Shown piece by piece: positions 49,178-55,461 of a stretch of 58,297 bases of DNA. The notes beneath the pieces are model-generated. The model was not told the origin of the DNA, made no database searches, and saw only the letters and a list, made by a program, of their open reading frames with translations. Position numbers and translations under genes: made by a program. Within the stretch, counting starts at the first letter, position 1. Each line of letters begins with the position of its first letter. Origin of the DNA: a virus (lineage: Duplodnaviria > Caudoviricetes); the IMG/VR virus record IMGVR_UViG_3300024255_002562, positions 1 to 58,297 of that record; one strand, written 5' to 3'.

Positions 49178-50827
49178 TTATACTTCAACAAGTCGAAGAA
49201 GCTCTTGATCCATAGCTGCATTGAACAAGTCAGCAGCAGTCTCTACTTTTCCAGACATAATAAATTTCACGTTAGATGCTGAATATCCTGAAAGGTAGAA
49301 TACATTTTTAACATCACCATATGTTTCAAACTTAGTCTCACTTCGTGAACCATAGAATGAGTTAGGAATATTCCATAAAACAATCTTAAAGTTATTAATA
49401 TAATCTTCTGAAAAACCTGCTGATCTTAATTTACTTCTAGCGGATTCAACATTTGTCTTTCCAAGTTCGCTTGCATCAAATTCACCATCACTGATGCATA
49501 AAATGCCTTCTGGAAAATCTGACTCGCTAACTGTTTTCTTAAGGTTACAAAACAGATCAATAACACTTTGGAAGTTCGTTCCGCCATAAGCGTTTCCTAG
49601 ATCGTTAGTCCACTTTTGAGAAGGAGTTGATCCTTTCCATTTTACCATTTTGGCATTATCGTTAAATTCAATATAGTAATCCTTAAAATCACCATCAAGG
49701 AATTCATTGAAGTACAAGGCAATTGATTTTGCAATATCGTCTGAACTAAATTTAGTTCCAGTAGCTGTAGATTCCATTGATCCGGAAGTATCGCGAACTA
49801 CGATAAACTTTGAAACAACACCTTCTTTAGCTTTTGCTATTAACTCATAGAATTGCTTGTCAACAGTTTTAACAAAGTTACTTTCTCTGTTATTTCTTAG
49901 CTCACATAAACACTCATGAGCAAAGCCAGTGTACTTTACAGTCTCCTGTTTGTCAACCCATTCTGAGTATCTTTCTGACAGTCCTTGGTTTTTAAGGAAC
50001 TTACTTTTAACCAATAGATTTAAAGCACGACCATGAATTTTTCCAAAATCAATTCTGTCAAAACTTGACTGAGAGATTAGTTTTTGCCATTCATGTGCTG
50101 TTCCGCTTGCTTTTAACTTACGATATTTTCTATAACTTCCTGCGTCATTTTTTTTGCCAAAAAGATTTGAACAAATCCATTTCGCAATGATACAGTTAGC
50201 TTCCGCTTCAACAGTCTTAAGTTGTGTCTTAGAGCGGATTTGCGGCAAATACTTCTTCATTAAGTTAGATGTTTTATCATCAGACAGTAAAGAAAGAAGC
50301 AGATTAGAAAACCTTCCCCAATTTAATACCTTACCATCCCATCCGTGATAGACAAGATCATAACGCAACATAACAATCAAGTCCTTACAAGAACCGGCGG
50401 AGATAAACAGACCAATATTTTTCCAAAACAAATTTGGAGCAGTATTGTGTAGCCAAATCATCCGCATTGTTGATTCGTGCTTTAGTTCAGCACCAGATTG
50501 TACCGCTTCAGTCTTAATGCCCATACCAACGATATCAGTCTTACGACTAATCATTCTCATATAGATGGTAAACTTAACAAATGACTCCGGGTCTTCTGCG
50601 TACAGAATGCTACAGTCCTTTGCAATATCTGAATAACTACGAGGAGCTTTATACTCTCCGAGCTTTCCAAACTGATCAACAAATTCGTTGCCAGTCGTTT
50701 TGAATTTTTTAGCATTGTTGCCACTGACAGTTTCTGCGGACTTCTTAGATGCAGCACTGATAAAAGAGTTACCTTCTAGTGGTGCGTAAGTTTTAGTTCC
50801 GAGTGTTTTTTTCTTTGTTGTGAACAT
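49178..50827 (-). CDS. Ro60/TROVE-like vWA protein (DUF2828-type)
   Basis: N-terminal SGNNAKKFKTTGNEFVDQF, KYLP, IDFGKIHGRAL; vWA MIDAS VVRDTSGSM, GTNFQSVIDL, ISDGEFD, IVLWNI, LSGYS. Confidence 0.8.
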   Translation of the reverse strand: MFTTKKKTLGTKTYAPLEGNSFISAASKKSAETVSGNNAKKFKTTGNEFVDQFGKLGEYKAPRSYSDIAKDCSILYAEDPESFVKFTIYMRMISRKTDIVGMGIKTEAVQSGAELKHESTMRMIWLHNTAPNLFWKNIGLFISAGSCKDLIVMLRYDLVYHGWDGKVLNWGRFSNLLLSLLSDDKTSNLMKKYLPQIRSKTQLKTVEAEANCIIAKWICSNLFGKKNDAGSYRKYRKLKASGTAHEWQKLISQSSFDRIDFGKIHGRALNLLVKSKFLKNQGLSERYSEWVDKQETVKYTGFAHECLCELRNNRESNFVKTVDKQFYELIAKAKEGVVSKFIVVRDTSGSMESTATGTKFSSDDIAKSIALYFNEFLDGDFKDYYIEFNDNAKMVKWKGSTPSQKWTNDLGNAYGGTNFQSVIDLFCNLKKTVSESDFPEGILCISDGEFDASELGKTNVESARSKLRSAGFSEDYINNFKIVLWNIPNSFYGSRSETKFETYGDVKNVFYLSGYSASNVKFIMSGKVETAADLFNAAMDQELLRLVEV

Positions 50828-50860
50828 TGTGCTTTCCTTTTTAGGAGTCCTAAATAAAAC

Positions 50861-50917
50861 AGATTACGTTTTTAATTTTGTTGAAAAAAATTGTTTGTGA
50901 GTTGCTGATTGTAATCT
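50861..50917 (-). ncRNA. CAGCAA stem RNA unit 3
   Basis: AGATTAC-AAT-CAGCAA...GTAATCT-G. Confidence 0.75.
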
Positions 50918-50922
50918 TATGC

Positions 50923-51036
50923 GGATTTCGTTTTACGTTGCTCTACCAGTTGAGCTACTTTGGTCTAGGACCAAAGATCAGATTCGAACTGATAACCTAC
51001 GGCTTAGAAGGCTAATTAACTTGCTGTTTGAAATCC
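50923..51036 (-). ncRNA. CAGCAA stem RNA unit 4 carrying a circularly permuted tRNA-Arg(UCU) (YrlA-like)
   Basis: GGATTTC-AAA-CAGCAA...GC-CTTCTAA-GCCGT-AGGTT-ATCAG-TTCGAAT-CTGAT-CTTTGGT-CCTAG-ACCAAAG-TA-GCTC-AACTGGTA-GAGC-A-ACG...GAAATCC-G. Confidence 0.85.
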
Positions 51037-51063
51037 TTTAACTTATTCGCGAAGCGAAAAAAC

Positions 51064-51130
51064 AAGTCTCTATACTAAAAGTTTGATATCAACAGTTTCA
51101 TTTTTATGTATAATTTGCTGTAAGAGACTT
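51064..51130 (-). ncRNA. CAGCAA stem RNA unit 5
   Basis: AAGTCTC-TTA-CAGCAA...GAGACTT-G. Confidence 0.75.
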
Positions 51131-51150
51131 TATGCGAGCTTACGCTCAAT

Positions 51151-51219
51151 AATCAATAGTGGAATCGAACCACCAATCTCTCCTCTAGATGAGGAGTGCT
51201 TTTCTTAAGCTACAACGGC
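51151..51219 (-). tRNA. non-canonical tRNA-like RNA, anticodon loop CAUCUAG (copy B, unpaired acceptor)
   Basis: GCTT-AAGAA-AAGC D arm, CTCCT-CATCTAG-AGGAG, GGTGG-TTCGATT-CCACT; acceptor GCCGTTG vs ATTGATT does not pair. Confidence 0.65.
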
Positions 51220-51249
51220 TGAGTACCAACCCTACTGCGTTGTTATCTT

Positions 51250-51278
51250 ATTATATCTTACTTGCTACCGCAAGTCAA
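51250..51278 (-). promoter_or_regulatory. near-consensus sigma70 promoter with embedded palindrome
   Basis: TTGACT-17 nt-TATAAT; ACTTGC-N4-GCAAGT at 51260-51275 overlaps the spacer and -35. Confidence 0.85.
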
Positions 51279-51329
51279 TCTCTTTTTTGAATACTTTCTC
51301 AAGTTTTTGCATCCCGATTGCGGGATGAG

Positions 51330-51403
51330 CGATCCTAATCGGATTTGAACCGAAATTTCTATGCCCCAAACATAGCGGGTTATCCAAGTTACCCTACACC
51401 CTC
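51330..51403 (-). tRNA. chimeric/pseudo tRNA-Pro(TGG)
   Basis: D arm GGGT/ACCC, CTATG-TTTGGGG-CATAG, T loop TTCAAAT; acceptor GAGGGTG/TAGGATC has three purine mismatches. Confidence 0.65.
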
Positions 51404-51411
51404 ATGTGCGA

Positions 51412-51888
51412 TTAAATAGCGATTTCTTTTAACTCATCATCCGTTAGAATAAACCTATCTGTATTCAAATCCGTTATAAGTAATTCTACGTCAGCAGTAA
51501 TACAAGCAGCTATTTCTGTGCTTTCTTTTTTAAATTGTTTATTACTAGTAATTAAGGTGTGGCTAAAATAAGGACTACTGTAATCATCCATCCTTTTGTT
51601 TTTACCACGCAAACCAGTATTATATAACATTACATTTTCTTCTAACTCAATGACACGTACATTACAATCAATTCTCGCCCGACTGTCTTTAAAATGTTTC
51701 ATAAGTTTATCGTCGTAACTTTTCATCTTTAGGGCAAAGTCATGCATATATTTTTTTCTAATTTTTTCTTCTACAGAATCATATTGAATATCAACAGCAG
51801 AAGTAATATATCTCTTTTTTTGAGAAAAAGCACTTAAAGGAAAAAGCAATACACATGCAATTGATTGTACAAAGTTACGTCTTTTCAT
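51412..51888 (-). CDS. hypothetical protein with Tat signal
   Basis: MKRRNFVQSIACVLLFPLSAFS. Confidence 0.6.
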   Translation of the reverse strand: MKRRNFVQSIACVLLFPLSAFSQKKRYITSAVDIQYDSVEEKIRKKYMHDFALKMKSYDDKLMKHFKDSRARIDCNVRVIELEENVMLYNTGLRGKNKRMDDYSSPYFSHTLITSNKQFKKESTEIAACITADVELLITDLNTDRFILTDDELKEIAI

Positions 51889-51969
51889 AATTTATCCCCC
51901 ATCATCCATAAATCATAATGAGGAGATATTTCAACTATAGAATCGATATCCATTGTTTTTCCTAGTAAA

Positions 51970-52043
51970 TATTCCGAGCAAGATTCGAACTTGCGACCTA
52001 GTGGGTAGAAACCACTTGCTCTATTCCACTGAGCTACCGGAAC
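51970..52043 (-). tRNA. tRNA-Arg(TCT)
   Basis: GTTCCGG/TCGGAAT acceptor, GCTC/GAGC, AGTGG-TTTCTAC-CCACT, GCAAG-TTCGAAT-CTTGC; CCA not encoded. Confidence 0.9.
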
Positions 52044-52065
52044 TTGTTATGTTATTGTACTTTAC

Positions 52066-52644
52066 TTAGTCTTGAGCGTCAACTTTAAAATTGTTATGTT
52101 CAAGAATTTTTTTACAAAAATCAAGAAACTCATCAGGACTCATGTCATGTTTTGCTTGGTTTGCTGCTTTTATGCATATTCCAAGATTATCGATATCGTT
52201 TGACCCCCCTTTGCTGCGTGGGATTTTATGATCGAAAGCATAGCTTCTTGTTTTGTTAATATCTATATGTTCTCCAGTTAAGTAACATACTGGATTCTCA
52301 CCAAATTTATTAATAACATCCTGAACAGTAAAAGTGGGTTTGTTATATATTGTTTTCACTCTAAAAAAATTCCTTATCTTAATATGAAGTATGTCAGATG
52401 TTGTCTTCTTTGATTGTTTTATAGGGGTTTTATGAATGTAATCACCACTAAAACGCTCAATTTTCTTTTTATATTTATGCTGAAGTTTTACATTTTTTCT
52501 TCTTCTTAGACTATTTTTTTGTTTTTGACCTTTAGAGCAGTGATAAGATATTGTACTTTTTGAGCATTGCAATTCTTCTGAAATTTCCCTAAAGGACATC
52601 CCATTTTTACGCAATTCTAAAATTTGTTTTTTTAGTTCTGTCAT
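52066..52644 (-). CDS. HTH-HNH homing endonuclease
   Basis: LRKNGMSFREISEELQCSKSTISYH; CYLTG, FDHKIPRSKGGSNDIDNL..C...NQAK. Confidence 0.88.
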   Translation of the reverse strand: MTELKKQILELRKNGMSFREISEELQCSKSTISYHCSKGQKQKNSLRRRKNVKLQHKYKKKIERFSGDYIHKTPIKQSKKTTSDILHIKIRNFFRVKTIYNKPTFTVQDVINKFGENPVCYLTGEHIDINKTRSYAFDHKIPRSKGGSNDIDNLGICIKAANQAKHDMSPDEFLDFCKKILEHNNFKVDAQD

Positions 52645-52655
52645 TATTCAATCAT

Positions 52656-52964
52656 TTAGTCGTTAATAGCGACTACTTTTCCATAAACTTTATCTTCTGA
52701 AGTCCAGCCGTTGATTCTTTTTTTATTGTTTCCGATCTTGAAATAATACTTATCAGAATACTCTATTTCTTTAATAATGTGAACGTAATAAACTCCGTTT
52801 ACTTTACAGAAGACTATGTCTTCAACTCTTAAAGAAGAAAGCTCGACTTTTTCCAACGTAATCAACTGACCCGACTTTATTATCGGCTCCATGCTCCTAC
52901 CTTTTTGGCGAAAACTTACTGGCTTTTTTGATTTTAGAGCGTGCTTGTATTCTTCCCAATTCAT
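52656..52964 (-). CDS. S24/S26 peptidase-like protein
   Basis: KGRSMEPIIKSGQ, DIVFCKV, YYVH, IGNN. Confidence 0.7.
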   Translation of the reverse strand: MNWEEYKHALKSKKPVSFRQKGRSMEPIIKSGQLITLEKVELSSLRVEDIVFCKVNGVYYVHIIKEIEYSDKYYFKIGNNKKRINGWTSEDKVYGKVVAIND

Positions 52965-52987
52965 AGTTACTCCTTATTAAATTTAAG

Positions 52988-53047
52988 CAGAAGGATGACA
53001 ACAACTGTGTTCAAAACAGCGACCAAAGCCATTTGATAATTTCTTCC
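52988..53047 (-). pseudogene. tRNA-Ser(TGA) remnant lacking variable and T arms
   Basis: GGAAGAA...TCCTTCT-G acceptor, D loop AATGGCTT, GCTGT-TTTGAAC-ACAGT; no T loop. Confidence 0.45.
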
Positions 53048-53051
53048 GAAA

Positions 53052-53144
53052 CGAAAATGAAGAGAGTCGAACTCTTAATCCGACCCTTTCGGAGCGGATA
53101 CTGACTTAGCAGGTCAGCCGGAATAGCCACTTTCCATCACTTTC
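53052..53144 (-). tRNA. tRNA-Ser(GCT), long variable arm, atypical core
   Basis: GAAAGTG(A)/(T)CATTTTC-G, CTGAC-CTGCTAA-GTCAG, long V arm with GAAA loop, T loop TTCGACT. Confidence 0.8.
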
Positions 53145-53188
53145 GTGCGATCTTTTAATGTGGATCAGACATGCCTACGGAGGACCGT

Positions 53189-53256
53189 CTCCAAAACGAT
53201 GGGATCGAACCATCAATTAGCCATTCTCAGCAAACGAGTCGGAATTGAACCGACCT
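53189..53256 (-). pseudogene. two tandem isolated tRNA 3' fragments (T arm plus acceptor 3' strand)
   Basis: GTCGG-TTCAATT-CCGAC-TCGTTTG and GATGG-TTCGATC-CCATC-GTTTTGG, without upstream D/anticodon arms. Confidence 0.55.
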
Positions 53257-53265
53257 ATTTTTCTT

Positions 53266-53736
53266 TTATCTGTTTCGGACATTCCTGATCTGCTTCAGCA
53301 GATATTTAAGTCCAATATCTTTATTATACCACCAAGTTACTTTGGTTCCTATTGTTTTTGAGGTTATATATCCGTATTGTATGATTCCATTATATTTTCT
53401 CCAGTGTGTTGGACGGTAGCCTGATTCAACAAAATGGCGTATATTGATTCGTTCAATTTTATGAGAAATTGTATTCTCTTCAAAATATTCCTCAAGATAC
53501 CATTCTGTGAAGTGTCTCCATTCTAATATAATAGAATGTTTTGTAAACCCCTCTTCTCTAATGTATTGGGTTTTTCTTTTACTCTTCCAAGATTTTTGAT
53601 GACGGATAGGTTTATCATCCCAATTGTCAGGTAAATTTCTTGGACTTCTTTTTCCTCTGTGCCAATTTTCTTGATTGGCTCTTTTTTCTTGAATGGTTTT
53701 TGGACTGCGATAGTAGTTTTTCATTTCGTTCTCCAT
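53266..53736 (-). CDS. conserved phage hypothetical protein
   Basis: YRSPKTIQEKR...RGKR...LPDNWDD...KSWK..RKTQY pattern. Confidence 0.65.
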   Translation of the reverse strand: MENEMKNYYRSPKTIQEKRANQENWHRGKRSPRNLPDNWDDKPIRHQKSWKSKRKTQYIREEGFTKHSIILEWRHFTEWYLEEYFEENTISHKIERINIRHFVESGYRPTHWRKYNGIIQYGYITSKTIGTKVTWWYNKDIGLKYLLKQIRNVRNR

Positions 53737-53805
53737 TTTAAGTTAAGTTACTTAAAATACAGAACCTTTATAAATACTCATTAAAATACCTTTCGTAAAG
53801 TGCGT

Positions 53806-53829
53806 AAAAAAAGGAGACCCGAAGTCTCC
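53806..53829 (-). terminator. intrinsic terminator (possible attenuator)
   Basis: GGAGAC-TTCGG-GTCTCC-TTTTTTT. Confidence 0.85.
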
Positions 53830-53957
53830 CGATACATACACATACATCGAGAGTAGCTACGCCATAAGCGGACTATTCGTATAATCGGATTTTAAACTCT
53901 CTTGTCTCATGTTTACGTTCCGTAAGAAAACTAATAAAATAACTTCTCAAGTAAAAG

Positions 53958-54030
53958 TGCGTCAACTAGGAATCGAACCTAGATAACGAGTTCTTCAGAC
54001 TCGCGGCTTCCCAATATCGCCCATTGACGC
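53958..54030 (-). tRNA. tRNA-Phe(GAA)
   Basis: GCGTCAA/TTGACGC-A, CGAGT-CTGAAGA-ACTCG, CTAGG-TTCGATT-CCTAG. Confidence 0.88.
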
Positions 54031-54034
54031 CTGC

Positions 54035-54318
54035 GTCTGAATTTGGTAATAAGGCTCAGACAAACCTCATGCCACTTTAAGCAGCAAGAGCAACATTTCT
54101 GTTTGCATTTACGTTTCGATAGATTTTTTCCGTAGCCCTTCTATCAACTACGACATGCAACTATTACTTCATTAGCCAATCGATACCTGTATCGCCCATA
54201 TAATTACTGTAAGTGGACGATAGCGGAGTTGAACCGCTGTCTTGATCTACTTCTATAATAGTCTCTACATGCTTGTCCGGCTTTATAAAACCGGCAAAAA
54301 CTTAACGAGGTCTTGACC
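54035..54318 (-). ncRNA. ssrA: two-piece (circularly permuted) tmRNA, tag ANRNVALAA
   Basis: The acceptor piece (GAC-AGCGG-TTCAACT-CCGCT-ATCGTCC-A, ending 54214) precedes the coding piece (GGGCGAT.. from 54197, G3-U70 pair); tag ORF GCA..GCT GCT TAA at 54106-54077. Outer ends approximate. Confidence 0.88.
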
Positions 54319-54323
54319 CGTAG

Positions 54324-54337
54324 TATTATATACACCA
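54324..54337 (-). promoter_or_regulatory. TGGTGTATATAATA promoter upstream of tmRNA
   Basis: Also has TTGATT 16 nt upstream of TATAAT. Confidence 0.7.
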
Positions 54338-54492
54338 AAAAACAAAAATCAAGTTATTTTATTACACTTTTTGAATATTCTTCCAAAACTGATCGAGTTT
54401 CTATAACGCTTTTGGAAGCTTTCATTCTCTTTCCTCAAATTCAATTTTCTTTTCTGCGACTAAAACATTATACCTGTTAGACTCAGGCTGTT

Positions 54493-55026
54493 TTACTTAA
54501 AACTAATCCACCTACAATAAGACTTAAACTTGTCTTTAATAGTTCTCTTCTGTTCATCAAAGATACTCCCTATTACAGTGAATCGATTTTTTGTATTTTT
54601 ACTTAACTGAAAGCCAGACGCCGGACGATCTATAATATCACCATTTTTGTCATAAGCAAATAAACAAAGACAGTTATCATCGGTATTTCTAACAACCACC
54701 CTTTTTCCTTTTACTTGTTTTGTGTAAGGAGAAATATTGCTATCTTTTAAAGAGAGTATGTCTCCTTCATATATTTCTTTACCTGTTTTATCAGTAAATC
54801 CAGTATATTGTTGGATAATAAATCTGTCAGGATCATCATTAAAGAAAGCATCTGAGGAATAAGAATAACATTGGTCAACCCCTTTTTCACAAGGAGTTAT
54901 CACCTGACCATATACTTGATTTTTTTCTTTTCTAACCATAGGAAGACAAGAAGAATGAGCTTTTAATTCGCCACAATAACAAAATGTTTTTAATTCTTTA
55001 TCCCAAAATCTAAATTTAATTTTCAT
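54493..55026 (-). CDS. YopX family protein
   Basis: IKFRFWDK, QQYTGFTDKTGKEIYEGDIL, VIGSIFD. Confidence 0.88.
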   Translation of the reverse strand: MKIKFRFWDKELKTFCYCGELKAHSSCLPMVRKEKNQVYGQVITPCEKGVDQCYSYSSDAFFNDDPDRFIIQQYTGFTDKTGKEIYEGDILSLKDSNISPYTKQVKGKRVVVRNTDDNCLCLFAYDKNGDIIDRPASGFQLSKNTKNRFTVIGSIFDEQKRTIKDKFKSYCRWISFK

Positions 55027-55189
55027 TTAATGTCCACCACATTTTACCGTCACAGTCTTCATGAGATTTTTCATTTTTTTCGTCATCTAATACAAACTGA
55101 AGTTCATATTCTTCTAAAATTGCATTAACTTTATCTACGACATTATCCAGATGATCATCATATTCAATCATAAGATATTCTTTACTCAT
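55016..55189 (-). CDS. small acidic hypothetical protein (57 aa)
   Basis: Hand-translated MSKEYLMIEYDDHLDNVVDKVNAILEEYELQF...; overlaps neighbours. Confidence 0.5.
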   Translation of the reverse strand: MSKEYLMIEYDDHLDNVVDKVNAILEEYELQFVLDDEKNEKSHEDCDGKMWWTLNEN

Positions 55190-55410
55190 ACGTTATTTTT
55201 ACCCCTAGATTTTAACATAACTAAAGTAAATCTCATCTCCTCATAGAGACGATACAGTATCACCTGCATATCAGACCTATCGACGTTTTCTTCTTCCATT
55301 TTGTCGATCATTTCCCTGCCCCATTCTAGGGCTGCGTGGTAATGCTTAGGTTCATTAATTACATCACCGTCTATGTCGATGAGCCGCTTGGTCTTTTTCG
55401 TCATATCCAC
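55186..55410 (-). CDS. hypothetical protein
   Basis: 74 aa ORF with GGAG RBS. Confidence 0.55.
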   Translation of the reverse strand: MDMTKKTKRLIDIDGDVINEPKHYHAALEWGREMIDKMEEENVDRSDMQVILYRLYEEMRFTLVMLKSRGKNNV

Positions 55411-55461
55411 AGCTCCAGTGCTAAGCTGAAGCGATAAAAGCTCCTCTCTTCATCTTGATAT

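Noticed and set aside
48896-51130. CRISPR array interpretation of the repeated CAGCAA units
   Set aside because: Repeats are conserved in structure rather than sequence, spacing is irregular, and no cas operon is present.
51310-51327. Terminator at CATCCCG/CGGGATG hairpin
   Set aside because: No U tract follows on the transcribed minus strand; function unclear.
51970-52043. Amber suppressor tRNA (CTA in the loop)
   Set aside because: The 7-nt loop TTTCTAC places TCT at positions 34-36, so it is tRNA-Arg.
53958-54030. Sec/Trp (TCA) tRNA suggested by plus-strand ttca
   Set aside because: The gene is on the minus strand, where the loop CTGAAGA gives GAA (Phe).
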